A DNA stretch of 64,000 bases from NCBI GenBank assembly GCA_965219455.1, contig OZ244744.1, positions 3,296,001 through 3,360,000 of the forward strand. Direction: 5' to 3'. The first letter of the stretch is position 1; every line of letters begins with the position of its first letter. The position numbers were made by a program, and so were the translations under genes. Below are positions 27,242 to 37,452 of this stretch, one piece after another. The stretch comes from Candidatus Latescibacterota bacterium (GTDB lineage: Bacteria; Latescibacterota; UBA2968; GCA-2709665). Below the pieces are notes generated by a model that searched no databases, had not been told where the DNA came from, and worked only from the letters and a program-made list of their open reading frames with translations.

Positions 27242-28039
27242 CTAACCGTCGATATATCCCTTCAGCAAGCGCGCCGTTTCCGACGCCACGTGAGAGAGGT
27301 CATCGTCCCTGGAATACGGCTCGAGGACGTTGACGTAACCCATATATCCAATGATCTTCAGATCCGAAATGAATTGCGGGATGTCCAGATGATCCTCGTC
27401 GCACAGGTACACCCTGCGGAACGTCGGCGTGGACTTTCTGTAGTACCTGCGGATGGTCTGATCGCCCTGGTGCAGCACGCCGCCCTGTACGTTGACAATG
27501 CAAAGCAGGTCTTTTACCTGTTCAAGGGTGGCCAGGCCGTAGTCCTGTTCCGCCATATGGATATTCAGGGGATCGATATTCAGTCCGAGATTCGGGCGGT
27601 CAACCTTCCTTATGAAGTCGCGGGCGCGAAGAATATTCTCAAACTGGCTATTAACGTGGCACGCGATAACAAGCGTGATTTCCTGCCGCGCGGCCAGGTC
27701 GCACCATTCGCGGATCAGTTCGATATCCGTCGGATATCCGATCATCAGCTGGTCCAGTTCGACCCGCCGCAGGAATGCCAGTTTCTTTCCGGTCAGATCC
27801 GCGTCGAACGACGCGGAGTCCAGCCGTCCCCAGAGCATACTGCAGCCCAGCCCGTTTTCGACAAAGAGGGCTTCCAGTTCATCGAAGCGTTCCTCCCTGA
27901 AGAGGTGATCGATCTGCCCGTCCCGCAAATGCACCCCCTGATAGCCCGCTTCCACGGTAAGCTGCAGGAATTCGTCCACCGTCATCGCATAGGATTGTTT
28001 CGTCATTTCAATCAGTCGACCGGACAGCGAAAGCTTCAT
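27242..28039 (-). CDS. Sugar-phosphate isomerase/epimerase (xylose isomerase-like TIM barrel)
   Basis: AGYQGVHL, V.RPNLGLNIDPLN, LK.IGY.GY...LE motifs; some metal ligands are substituted. Confidence 0.75.
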   Translation of the reverse strand: MKLSLSGRLIEMTKQSYAMTVDEFLQLTVEAGYQGVHLRDGQIDHLFREERFDELEALFVENGLGCSMLWGRLDSASFDADLTGKKLAFLRRVELDQLMIGYPTDIELIREWCDLAARQEITLVIACHVNSQFENILRARDFIRKVDRPNLGLNIDPLNIHMAEQDYGLATLEQVKDLLCIVNVQGGVLHQGDQTIRRYYRKSTPTFRRVYLCDEDHLDIPQFISDLKIIGYMGYVNVLEPYSRDDDLSHVASETARLLKGYIDG

Positions 28040-28064
28040 CGGATCCTCCTGAAATGAACGGAAA

Positions 28065-29057
28065 TCAAAACGTGTTTCTCACGCGGACGGGTTTGCCGGT
28101 CTCGATGGATTCCCCTCCGGCGATGCACGTCGCCGCGGATTTCGCGCCGTCCCGCACGTCGATCATCGGCCTTTTGTCGTTCAGAATACAATCCACGAAA
28201 TGCGCCATCTCTTCCCCGAACGTGGGGTGCTCGGCAAGAATCGTTATCGGCAACCGGATAAAATCCTCGAGTTCCTCGACTTTGCTGAGATACAACCTGT
28301 CGTTGATCGCGGTGCCTCTGGTTCCGTAAATCGCAAGATTCAACTCGTAGGGCCGCTGACATCCCAGAAACGCGGCCATCTTTCCCAGGCATCCGTTCTC
28401 AAACCTGAAATTCATCAGGAAAGCGTCGTCGTGGGGGAAGTCGGCGAGCACCTTATGGTTGGAAATCGCGAATACTTCATCGATATCTCCCACGATCCAT
28501 CGAAGGAGATCGATGGGGTGCACGCCGCCGCCCATCAGTCCGAAGTGCGGATTCTTGTCGTCGGCCCACCAGTCCTTGATACGTTTCCCGACGTTGTGCA
28601 GGTAGTCCGCCTCGGCGTAGAAGGCCTCTCCCAGTTCTCCCTCGTCGTACAGGCGTTTAATGGTCTTGCAAATCGGATTGAACCGCGCGCTCTGACCCAC
28701 CATGAATTTGAGCGAGGGTTTTGTATCGGCCGTCTGCACGATCCGCTCGCAGTCTTCCAGCGTGGTCGCCAGGGGTTTCTCGCAGATCACGTGTTTATCG
28801 GCTTCGAGCGCCGCCACCGCCTGTTCGGCGTGCGCGTCGTTGGGACTGCACAGGGAAACGATATCGATGTCGTCGCGTTCCAGCATCGATTCGTAGCTCG
28901 AGGCAAACAGAGCTTCCGGACCCGGAAAGAGGTCGAGTCTGCTTCGGCTGGGCGCCCAGACCGCCCGAACTGCAGCGTGGGGATTCTCCTCGAATGCCGT
29001 GAAATGTTCCCGTCCCGCGTGTCCGATGCCCACAATCCCTACGCCCAGTTTTTCCAT
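28065..29057 (-). CDS. Gfo/Idh/MocA family oxidoreductase
   Basis: VGIVGIG, DIVSLCSPN..HAE, KHVICEKPL, GVHPIDLLRW; GAGGAG RBS at ATG 29057. Confidence 0.9.
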   Translation of the reverse strand: MEKLGVGIVGIGHAGREHFTAFEENPHAAVRAVWAPSRSRLDLFPGPEALFASSYESMLERDDIDIVSLCSPNDAHAEQAVAALEADKHVICEKPLATTLEDCERIVQTADTKPSLKFMVGQSARFNPICKTIKRLYDEGELGEAFYAEADYLHNVGKRIKDWWADDKNPHFGLMGGGVHPIDLLRWIVGDIDEVFAISNHKVLADFPHDDAFLMNFRFENGCLGKMAAFLGCQRPYELNLAIYGTRGTAINDRLYLSKVEELEDFIRLPITILAEHPTFGEEMAHFVDCILNDKRPMIDVRDGAKSAATCIAGGESIETGKPVRVRNTF

Positions 29058-29135
29058 TGCAAGCCCTCCTCGGCAGCTTACGTAATCCGATCGCGATTCT
29101 GCCGCGTCTGTTCCCCGCACCATTCGACACCCGGC

Positions 29136-29981
29136 TTACCCTTCGACTTCGCTCAGCAATGCCAGGAGATTGGCCCCTTCGATCCGCTCCCGATCCCCGT
29201 CCGTCAGGAAGGGCATCTTCGAAAACAGGTCGTACGTCTGTGGAAACGTCAGCGAATCCAGGCAAGGCGAATAATCCGACGCCCAGAGCAAGCGACCAAC
29301 GCCGAAGGCGTCCAGCAGCGCCTCCACGTACGGCCAGGCCGCGCGGTGCGGGTAGTCGTGGCCCGGATCGGTCAACGCGTAAAATCCGCTCAGCTTCACC
29401 CGCGTCTGGGGAAACCCGGCAAGCGCCAGCACGCTGGCCATCGCGGATTGCGCCTCCTCGGGGTCGGGCGCGCGGGCCTGTTTTGGCGGCAGGCCCAGGT
29501 GGGACACGACGAGGCGCAACCCCGGATGCCGCCGGAGGACCTCCTGCCAGGCGTTCCAGTCGTCGCCCTTTGAATTCACACTCACGAGCCAACGCCTGGA
29601 CGCCAGCCAGGCCCAGACGTCATCCGATATGCGCAGGAGCGCGTCCACTCGTTCCTGCCCGAAAATATAGAAACTCAACCCCACGAATCCGTGTGCCTGC
29701 AATCGCGTCAACTCGTCTGTTGTGGGCGGTTCGGCGGCATCGAAATAGGCCGCGGGATGCACCCAGTCGTACTCGGCCACCATTTCCGTAAGAAAACGCG
29801 TATTCTCCGCCGCCCACGGAACGTCCGCGTACCCTACAATCAGCGCGGCCTTCACCCCGTGGTCGTTCGCCAGCGATGCGTAAACAACGGCTTCATCGAT
29901 GGGCCGGCCCAGCCGCTTCATAAAGGAATCCTGGAAGCCTCCCTCAAACAGATGAATATGCGCGTCGGCTCGTTCGGACAT
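29136..29981 (-). CDS. Amidohydrolase_2 family protein (sugar-lactonase-like)
   Basis: DAHIH, HLGLP, VKLSGF, FG.GRLLWASDYSP, I.G.N motifs. Confidence 0.85.
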   Translation of the reverse strand: MSERADAHIHLFEGGFQDSFMKRLGRPIDEAVVYASLANDHGVKAALIVGYADVPWAAENTRFLTEMVAEYDWVHPAAYFDAAEPPTTDELTRLQAHGFVGLSFYIFGQERVDALLRISDDVWAWLASRRWLVSVNSKGDDWNAWQEVLRRHPGLRLVVSHLGLPPKQARAPDPEEAQSAMASVLALAGFPQTRVKLSGFYALTDPGHDYPHRAAWPYVEALLDAFGVGRLLWASDYSPCLDSLTFPQTYDLFSKMPFLTDGDRERIEGANLLALLSEVEG

Positions 29982-30245
29982 TGTTCGATCCCTCCGTTTT
30001 TGGAACACCTTAAGTCATAAGCCGAAACTGACATGGATGAACAGGATGGACTGGATAAATACAGCTATCAGCAATCAGTGGTCAGCCGTCAGCTTGAATC
30101 AAGATCCAAATCCGTTAACGTCAGCGCGGTGGAGCGGTAAGCCCGGAAACGGCTCTGACCTCTCCCCGCGGCAATCGAAAAGCAGCGATCAGCACACAGC
30201 CGTCAGTTAGAATCAAAACCAAGAATCAAACTCAACGTCCACATC

Positions 30246-30526
30246 TCCCCAAATTCCCTGCCTACGGCGTGTTCCTTTTGAAGCGACCAAAAGGAACCAA
30301 AAGTCGCCGCTGGGCGCGGGGCCTGCCATATGCATGGCGCGAATACCCTTGCGGGACTCACCTGATCCGCTGTCCTGCCAACCCCGGAGGATACCGTAAA
30401 TTCGTGCGGGACGGAACAACGCGCCCTGCTCTGTCAGTGCTCTGGAATGGCATCTCGTTAGACAACTGAATGGCTATCTGAGAGCGAGCGATGTGGCCTG
30501 GCGAAGTTAATCCGCGATTCGCCCGC
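30246..30526 (+). ncRNA. Candidate structured element with H-type pseudoknot, copy 1
   Basis: Stem gttccttttg/caaaaggaac; loop gcgac pairs with downstream gtcgc. Motifs cgccgctNggcgcggggcc and gaagt(t)aatccg are shared with 42262-42500. Confidence 0.4.
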
Positions 30527-30564
30527 TACAACGTGGGCGCCCGACCGCGGCGTTTCTCGTACCA

Positions 30565-32580
30565 TTACTCCCAGAGCAGTTCAACGGCCAGGAAGTCCCG
30601 GTCGCCGGGCATCGTGACCGGCAGCCTCACGATCTGCCCGTCGACTTCCGCGGAGGTCATCAGATCCGTTCCTGAATATATATCCACAAGTGTCGTGGCT
30701 GCCGCCCCTTCCGGAACCCGCATTACCAGGTTGGTCTCGTAAGCCAACCCCAGATAGTTGAATAGAAGACAGACGAGACAACCGTCTCCCACCATAGGGA
30801 ACAGTTCCATCGTCGGCACGTCGCGGCGGTCCCAGGGGCGCAGGTCTCCATAATCGTTTTTTGGAGGATACGGCCACAGCCTGGCCGCGGGCGCTTCTTC
30901 GGACAACCAGGCCAGCGCGTTCCGCAGAAGCGTCATCCCACCGGTTGGGGTGCGGACCGCGCCGTGATCGCCGGGTTCCACGTAGTTGAATAGCGGCGTA
31001 CCCGCCATCCAGATCTCGCGTCGACCGGCGGACTCGCTCGCTACAAGCGCCGGGCGTCCGTCCACTTGGGCGATTGTCTCTCCTTCGAGACCGGGTTCCA
31101 TAAACGCCGAACCCAGCATGATGGGCGCGTCGATGCCCTCCAGAACCGGGTGACCGGAAACGACCGGCTTCAACTCTGAAAGCCCGGCCGCATCGCCGGG
31201 CGGGGGTGGATACGCGCCTTCGCCGGACCAGTCGCCGGCCGGCATACGTCCCACCCAGAGCAGCCCGTCGCCCCGCCTCGCGCGCACGTCCAGAACGGCG
31301 CGCTGTTCCCGCGTGAGACAGTGGGTCTCCGGCAGAATCACCGGGCCGCTCAACGCCCCGTCCGCATCCGGAAGCCGCCGGTCGAAAACCCATCGCCAGG
31401 GCAGCCCGACCTGGTTCATCACGTCCGGCCAAATCGCCAGGACCTCCCGCCCCCAGTGTTTTTCGGGATACCCGTAGATTTCCGTCTGGGAAGGCTTGAT
31501 CAACGTGGCGGCGCTATAGGGGCGGGTCTTTTCAAAATACGGGATCAGCCGCGAGGCCTCCTTCAGCCCGTCGTAGTACCCCGGAATGATCTGGCAAAGA
31601 TCGAACGTATAGGGCGAGATATTCTCCGCGCCCAGCGCGAATGGAACCGCCCCGGCCATGAACCCGTCCCGGCGCGTCAGCTCCAGGCTTCCGGACGGCG
31701 GCATGAAACCCTGGGGATAGATGAACAGGGAACGCCCGACGGTCGCTCCGGCCAGCGCGCGCGTCGCCTCCGCCTGAATGCGGCGCATGGGACGATAGGT
31801 AAAATGGGAATAGTGAATGTGGTGGTACGGGTCGGTGCACAGTACGTCCATGGCCTCCGCGTCGCGAGACAGGTCGATGCCGGACAGCCACGGGTTGTCG
31901 TTGAAGGTCACCACTTTCGGCGAATGCTGGATGCCCACGACCACGTCGGGGCGCACCTTCTTGATTTCCTCGCGAAAATAGGCGTGAACCGCGGTCCAGG
32001 CCTCCATCCGGTGCTGTGCCCACCGCCACCAGGACGGGGAGGCCCAGTCGACCTCCCTGGGCGGCGGCTCGCCGGAATCGCGTTCGTATTCGGCGACACA
32101 GTGGTCGCAATAGCAGCCCACGTCTCCGTTCGAGAACCCGATCTCGGCCTCGTCGTTGAGATGGATTTCCCGCAGCGCCGGCAGCCGGATCACTCTGTGA
32201 ATCAGATCCACGTATTCGGCCTTGTTCTTGGGCTGGAACGGGCACAGCCATCTGGTCATCACGAGTTTGTCGCTGTCAAGGGCCGTACCGCTTCCGCCGA
32301 TGCACACCAGGCTGCGTTCCGGGTGGGTCCGCAGGAACGTCTCCCGGTATTTCATGTATCCCGTAAACACGATGACACCCAGGCCGAATTCCTCGGCCCA
32401 TTCTGCCAGCCGGCACACCTTCTCCCAGACGTACCCCTGTCCGGTGAATTTGTCGTCGTCGGGTTTCAGCCCCAATCCGATGTCCGTAAAACCCTCCTCG
32501 CTGACCCATTTAACGTAGTCGCGGGAATAGCTGGCCTCTTCAAAGTGCAGCATCGCGGTCCTTCGAATGGTCCTTTTCAT
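30565..32580 (-). CDS. Putative glycoside hydrolase (GH42-like), copy 2
   Basis: 671 aa, collinear with 1466-3481 (WLCPFQP.NKAEY, LREIHLNDEA, CYCDHC, DLRPWDRRDVPTMELFPM). Confidence 0.65.
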   Translation of the reverse strand: MKRTIRRTAMLHFEEASYSRDYVKWVSEEGFTDIGLGLKPDDDKFTGQGYVWEKVCRLAEWAEEFGLGVIVFTGYMKYRETFLRTHPERSLVCIGGSGTALDSDKLVMTRWLCPFQPKNKAEYVDLIHRVIRLPALREIHLNDEAEIGFSNGDVGCYCDHCVAEYERDSGEPPPREVDWASPSWWRWAQHRMEAWTAVHAYFREEIKKVRPDVVVGIQHSPKVVTFNDNPWLSGIDLSRDAEAMDVLCTDPYHHIHYSHFTYRPMRRIQAEATRALAGATVGRSLFIYPQGFMPPSGSLELTRRDGFMAGAVPFALGAENISPYTFDLCQIIPGYYDGLKEASRLIPYFEKTRPYSAATLIKPSQTEIYGYPEKHWGREVLAIWPDVMNQVGLPWRWVFDRRLPDADGALSGPVILPETHCLTREQRAVLDVRARRGDGLLWVGRMPAGDWSGEGAYPPPPGDAAGLSELKPVVSGHPVLEGIDAPIMLGSAFMEPGLEGETIAQVDGRPALVASESAGRREIWMAGTPLFNYVEPGDHGAVRTPTGGMTLLRNALAWLSEEAPAARLWPYPPKNDYGDLRPWDRRDVPTMELFPMVGDGCLVCLLFNYLGLAYETNLVMRVPEGAAATTLVDIYSGTDLMTSAEVDGQIVRLPVTMPGDRDFLAVELLWE

Positions 32581-32599
32581 CCTGCCCCTTTCCGTATTA

Positions 32600-33565
32600 T
32601 TAAAGGGTTGTCTTTTCAACACGGACGGGAATGGCGCTGGTCCAGGCCCGGCGCCCGTATTCGTCCTCCACACAAGCGAATACCCAGTCCCGCATGCGGT
32701 AACCGTCCACGGTCAGGTCCACCTCGAACCGTTTCGAAGGCGCCGCAGCCTGGACGCTGCGGACGCCGAACCCCTTCGACCGGAAGTGACACGCCGTGCA
32801 GGGGCTGCATTCCACGACAATCGCGCCACGTGTCTCGATGCGGATATCGTGAATTTGAGGCCCCTCGCTGGCGTACGTACGGTGCGCGCGAATCCCGTCC
32901 AGAATACCCTCGACCCCCGGTCGGCGCACAAGCACACCGGTCCAGGTCCGTCCCGTCACGTCCGCGTCTTTCAGCACAATCGCATCGTCCACGCCGATTG
33001 CGGCCAGGCGGACGCCGGCGTTAATGAGCATCTGCCAGAGTTCCTCGGAACACTCCTTGCCGTTGATCTGCCAGGTCAGCCGGTTGCTCACCTCCAGCCC
33101 GACGACCCCGGACCGCGCCAGTGCATACGCTTTCTCCCAGGAATAGTCGCTCCAGGCGGGGTGCGCCAGCACGGCCAGACCGCCTTGCGCCTCGGTGTCC
33201 CGAACCAGGCGGGAGACATCCTCAACGGTGCCGTCCAGCGGCCGGGGCAGGTGCGTGAGGCCCAGACAGATAATGTGGGTCAGATCGTTCCCTTCGGGGC
33301 AGAAAACCTCTGCTCCAGGCACGGTCACGAAGGCTTCCGTTGCTTCCGGCATTGGCGTGATACTGAGATAGTCGGTTGTCGCAAGAAAATCGAACCCCAG
33401 GTTCCTGTAGTGCTCGCAAACTTCGCGGGACTCGCCCATCTGCGCCACGTGGGAATGCAGGCCGCCCCGAAGCCAGCGGCCGCCGCCTTCGAACGGGTTG
33501 TCGACCTCAATCCTCAGCCGGATCGGTCCCTTCTTGTCGCGTCCTTCGATCTCAAATTTCGTCAT
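32600..33565 (-). CDS. PHP-domain metallohydrolase (CehA/McbA-like)
   Basis: WLRGGLHSH, GFDFLATTD, PGAE, LAHPAW, GLEV.N, G.DD, Y.SEGP motifs. Confidence 0.8.
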   Translation of the reverse strand: MTKFEIEGRDKKGPIRLRIEVDNPFEGGGRWLRGGLHSHVAQMGESREVCEHYRNLGFDFLATTDYLSITPMPEATEAFVTVPGAEVFCPEGNDLTHIICLGLTHLPRPLDGTVEDVSRLVRDTEAQGGLAVLAHPAWSDYSWEKAYALARSGVVGLEVSNRLTWQINGKECSEELWQMLINAGVRLAAIGVDDAIVLKDADVTGRTWTGVLVRRPGVEGILDGIRAHRTYASEGPQIHDIRIETRGAIVVECSPCTACHFRSKGFGVRSVQAAAPSKRFEVDLTVDGYRMRDWVFACVEDEYGRRAWTSAIPVRVEKTTL

Positions 33566-33683
33566 CCGTTGCTCCGCGCTTCGCCAACAACGCCTTGACC
33601 TGCCTGCTGTTGGATTGTGAAGCCATCGACGTTGACCGGTTGCCAGAGGACGTCTTCAGGCAGGTTATAGCGTCAGTCGTACA

Positions 33684-34733
33684 TCAGAAAGCAAATGCCT
33701 TCCGTAGCGGCGCCGACCGCTCCGCCCTGTGGTACCAACCCTGTGGCGCGTAATCGCTCATATGGAGGTAGCATTTGATGTTGACGTCCGATGCCCCTTC
33801 CGAAAACGTCAGCAGCCTGCTCATGGAAATGTTCTTTTTTCCGTGATATCTCGAAATAGCCGCCACATTGAGGAAGGTCACGCCCCATTTCCGCTCCAGG
33901 TGCGACCGTCCGCCGTGGGTGTCGTCCGGATTCGTATGGGTATGGCCCCCGAGCCAGAGGTCGATTGCACCAGGATTCGTCTCCAGGTACGACTCGAATG
34001 CCCCTGCATCCGGTTTTCTCCCGACGAAATAGAGGTACGATGCGCCAACCGGGGCGCCTTCTTCAAACCGGCCGTGATATCCTCCGTCCACACCTTCCCA
34101 GGGTCCGGACGCCACCGTCGTGTCTTTCAACATATGGTGGTGCGCCGTCACGATGATCTTGTCCTGATTCGCCACTACGTTCTCTGTCCACCATTCGAAC
34201 GTTTCCCGGGTCACCGCGCCGGCAGGGAACCCACCTCTATCGGCCCGCCCAACCGGCGGACCGCCGTCGTTGCGGTCTCCCATCGCGAGAAACAGGATAT
34301 TCCCCACCTGAAACGAGTACCGCTCCCAGGTCCCCTCGATCGGGTACGGCCGCCTGCCGGCGTGAACGTTGGAATATCCGGTATTTTCACCCGTGGGGTC
34401 CACCCATTTCCGGAACCACCACTGGCACGGCTCGCCCGGGCCGCTCGCGTCGTGGTTGCCAACGATATTGTAGAAGTCTTCGCGGGCATGAAGGGTCGAC
34501 ACGCTGTACTGACTGACGACCTCTTTTCCTTCCTCGTCGTCCGGCGGCGTCTGTGATCCCGACAGGTCTCCAATATCCAGATTAATGTCCCACTCGAACG
34601 GCGGCCCGCCTTCCGCGCCGCCCTTTTCGGCCTGCAAGATCGCCTCGGCCAGGCTGCGGCGATTGCCCGCCGCCAGATCCGTGCCCACGTGCGCATCGCC
34701 GCCCGCCCAGAGCTTGAACGTCCTTTCACTCAC
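33684..34733 (-). CDS. Calcineurin-like metallophosphoesterase
   Basis: GDAH, GDL, GNHD, HH and GGHTH motifs; GTG start at 34733. Confidence 0.82.
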   Translation of the reverse strand: MSERTFKLWAGGDAHVGTDLAAGNRRSLAEAILQAEKGGAEGGPPFEWDINLDIGDLSGSQTPPDDEEGKEVVSQYSVSTLHAREDFYNIVGNHDASGPGEPCQWWFRKWVDPTGENTGYSNVHAGRRPYPIEGTWERYSFQVGNILFLAMGDRNDGGPPVGRADRGGFPAGAVTRETFEWWTENVVANQDKIIVTAHHHMLKDTTVASGPWEGVDGGYHGRFEEGAPVGASYLYFVGRKPDAGAFESYLETNPGAIDLWLGGHTHTNPDDTHGGRSHLERKWGVTFLNVAAISRYHGKKNISMSRLLTFSEGASDVNIKCYLHMSDYAPQGWYHRAERSAPLRKAFAF

Positions 34734-34741
34734 TTTCCGCC

Positions 34742-36151
34742 TCACTTCGCGGTATAGTTCGTTGCCAGGGGACACGCATCCCCGTGCATGGCGAGCAATG
34801 CCAGCCTCGCAAGGCCGTGCAGCAGGTCCCCCGGAACCATCTGGGACTCGTACCATTCGATGCCCGCCGCACCCCTCAGAAGATCACCGTTCATATAAAT
34901 GGAGATCATCGTCCGGGCCATTTCAAATCCCTGTTCCAGCCAGTCCGTGTCGCCGGTGAGATCGTAGAGGTCCGCCAGCAACTCGACTGCCAGCCCGGCA
35001 TCCATCGCCGGGACCGGTTCGCCTTCGGGGAAGGGGGATTTCAAATACCAGCGCCCGGCATTGTCCGCCCAGTTCAGCAGCCGTTCATCCTCCGTCAGTC
35101 GATAGATGCACAGGGCGATCAGAGCCACGTAAGCAAGCGGCCAATTTCCGTATACGCTTCCCCAAACCGGGGTCGTGCTCAGGACCTCATTCGTCTGACG
35201 CCGGCATGCAGACACAAAAATACCCGCGTCCATATCGTGGGGGGCCGACAGAAAGCCTTCGATATACACACCGGCGCGCTTCCGCATCAGTTCGATCGGT
35301 CCTCGTCCACTTCCGTCCAGTAGTTCAGCGGCCTCCAGCAGGCTGGCCGCCAGCGAAACCGTCTGCGGCGGGGTGTTCGCGTTGTGCATTCGCGCCGACG
35401 CTTGAGGACACTTCGTCTTGGACAGCAACAGGCCGTTCGGATCCCGGTGGGGCCACCAGTAGTCCAGCATGACCCGGATCTGTCTCAGAAAATCCTCACG
35501 TTTCGTCTTCGCGTGGGCGAACGACCAGTCCAGAATGTAAAACCCCCCGTGACGCGGGAAATCCGTCGACTCCGGTCCGCGCTCGAGACGCTCTTTGCGT
35601 TCGACGTGGGCGTGACGAATATATTCCCGCGGTTCCCCGTCCTTGTAGTGGTAATCCAGCCCTTCGGCAAATCGCTCGACACACCGGGCGTTGAATCCAT
35701 ACAGCTTCTCCCACAGCCAGACGGGCGCCTGCCGCAGATGGTCGTGTAACGTGGTCCCGGGCTCCTTTTCGGGAACGGCCAGCCGGTGGCTGTCGCCCAC
35801 CCGGTTCTCTTCCAGGTGCCAGTACGCGTGCTCGCCCCACGGGAACAGACCGGTAACCGTATCCGTGCAATGGCTCGCAAAACGGCGCAGATACCTGTCC
35901 GCCGCTTCCGGATACCCGTCGCGGTCCAGCGCGTACATGATCTTGAGCACTTGCTGGTCGTGCATCAGATTGCTTCCCAGAAAGGCGCGGTCACCCATCC
36001 GCTGCCCCGGAATCGGCGGGGGCAGTTCCGTCAACATCCGGTGAGTTTCCAGGTCCAGCAGGGAGGGAAACAAACCGCCATAGGCCTTCCCGGACTCAAT
36101 CAGCACGTCGATCGAATCGCAGACCTTTTTCAGTATCGCATCAGGGGTCAT
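34742..36151 (-). CDS. (alpha/alpha)-toroid protein, remote PL2 pectate-lyase-like
   Basis: SNLMHDQ, GLFPWGEHAYW and DFPRHG resemble the PL2 motifs SN...Q, GL..WGGH and F.RHG. ATGA coupling with the upstream gene. Confidence 0.55.
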   Translation of the reverse strand: MTPDAILKKVCDSIDVLIESGKAYGGLFPSLLDLETHRMLTELPPPIPGQRMGDRAFLGSNLMHDQQVLKIMYALDRDGYPEAADRYLRRFASHCTDTVTGLFPWGEHAYWHLEENRVGDSHRLAVPEKEPGTTLHDHLRQAPVWLWEKLYGFNARCVERFAEGLDYHYKDGEPREYIRHAHVERKERLERGPESTDFPRHGGFYILDWSFAHAKTKREDFLRQIRVMLDYWWPHRDPNGLLLSKTKCPQASARMHNANTPPQTVSLAASLLEAAELLDGSGRGPIELMRKRAGVYIEGFLSAPHDMDAGIFVSACRRQTNEVLSTTPVWGSVYGNWPLAYVALIALCIYRLTEDERLLNWADNAGRWYLKSPFPEGEPVPAMDAGLAVELLADLYDLTGDTDWLEQGFEMARTMISIYMNGDLLRGAAGIEWYESQMVPGDLLHGLARLALLAMHGDACPLATNYTAK

Positions 36152-37440
36152 GGCTTCTTGAAGATCCATACCTTCTCGCGATCCGAAACCAGCACCTCCT
36201 CACTGCCATCCCCGTCAAGATCTCCAATGGCCTCGGTATGGCTCGTGCCGAAATAACGGCCTCCGGCGGGAAAGGACTCGAGACCGAACTTCTGAAACCT
36301 GTCGTAGAAATTCTTCCGCACGTTCAGCCGCGCCAGTTCCCTGCCCGAGGGGTCCACCCAGAGTACGCGGTGGTCGGCGTTGGTCTCGGCCGGCCATTCC
36401 CGGCGGATCAGGCTGTTCTGGCCCAGGTCGGTGGGCCAGTCGACAACAGCGTAATAGCCCATTGTGCGGTGGCGAGACAACTCCCGGCCATGGGCGTTTA
36501 CGACGGCGGCTTCCCGTTCTTCCGCACGCCCCATCGCCTTGTCGACAAAGGCCAACTGAAGCCCGGTTTCAGCGTCGAAGAATCTTCCGGGCAGGATGTT
36601 CTGGCAGTGATGCATCGGAACGGTGAACCGCTCCGTTCCATCGGTGTTGTGAACAACCGCGTCGTGCCCATCGTGGGCAAGGGCAAATTCGAACCGTCCG
36701 TCGCCGTCGATATCCGCTATCACCGAATCGTCCAGGTGGTCGTTTTCCGACATCGGCGGATGGGACCACAGGGGGCTGCCGTCGTGGTCGAACAGGCTGA
36801 AGCCGATCAGGAGTTCGTCCAGCCCGTCTCCATCCACGTCGGCGTAGTTGCCCCCATGCCCGGCGCCGTCCACCTCTTTTTCCCAGACCACATTGAAGTT
36901 GTGGTCCAGAAGCAGGCTGGGATTTCCGTAGCCATGCGTGGCGGAAGACGTTACGCTTTTTGTAAAGATGTGATACTTTCCGGAGTGATCGGTTCGAACC
37001 GCGCGGGAGAAATAAAACCCCGAATGGGGCAACTCATGCCGGCTGCACAGCGCACCCGTGGCCCCTTTGTACACCATCAACCCGGCTTTGTGGATGATCA
37101 TAATCTCAATCTGTCCGTCTCCATCCAGGTCCACCACCTCGCAGAAATTGCTTCCGTTCCAGGAAAAGGGCCGCTCGAGCGCCCAGGGCTCGCCAACCTG
37201 CCAGAGAATCTGACCCGCCCCATCCGTAAGGGTCAGACAAAAGAGCTCCTGGTCTTCCACACCGGTCTTATACCCCTGTACGTCGGAAAATCGCGGATCG
37301 AACGCCTCGTTGGCATGCGCACCCGCGCTTTGTACGAACAGAACTTCGTTCTTCCCATCACCGTTAAAGTCCCGGATGGTGAAAGCCGGACACCCCCACG
37401 GGCGCACGTCCCAGACCGCAACGGGATCCACAATCTTCAT
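36148..37440 (-). CDS. FG-GAP repeat / PL11 rhamnogalacturonan-lyase-like beta-propeller
   Basis: Five DxDGDG Ca-binding loops; GHGGNYADVDGDGLDELLIG...DHDG resembles PL11; no signal peptide. Confidence 0.7.
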   Translation of the reverse strand: MKIVDPVAVWDVRPWGCPAFTIRDFNGDGKNEVLFVQSAGAHANEAFDPRFSDVQGYKTGVEDQELFCLTLTDGAGQILWQVGEPWALERPFSWNGSNFCEVVDLDGDGQIEIMIIHKAGLMVYKGATGALCSRHELPHSGFYFSRAVRTDHSGKYHIFTKSVTSSATHGYGNPSLLLDHNFNVVWEKEVDGAGHGGNYADVDGDGLDELLIGFSLFDHDGSPLWSHPPMSENDHLDDSVIADIDGDGRFEFALAHDGHDAVVHNTDGTERFTVPMHHCQNILPGRFFDAETGLQLAFVDKAMGRAEEREAAVVNAHGRELSRHRTMGYYAVVDWPTDLGQNSLIRREWPAETNADHRVLWVDPSGRELARLNVRKNFYDRFQKFGLESFPAGGRYFGTSHTEAIGDLDGDGSEEVLVSDREKVWIFKKP

Positions 37441-37452
37441 TTAGCGTTCTCC

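Noticed and set aside
30025-30235. Short heptamer-like runs (cagctatcagcaatcag..., aatcaaaaccaagaatcaaactcaac) as a distinct functional element
   Set aside because: Short, degenerate low-complexity repeats with no second copy in the window to support a call.
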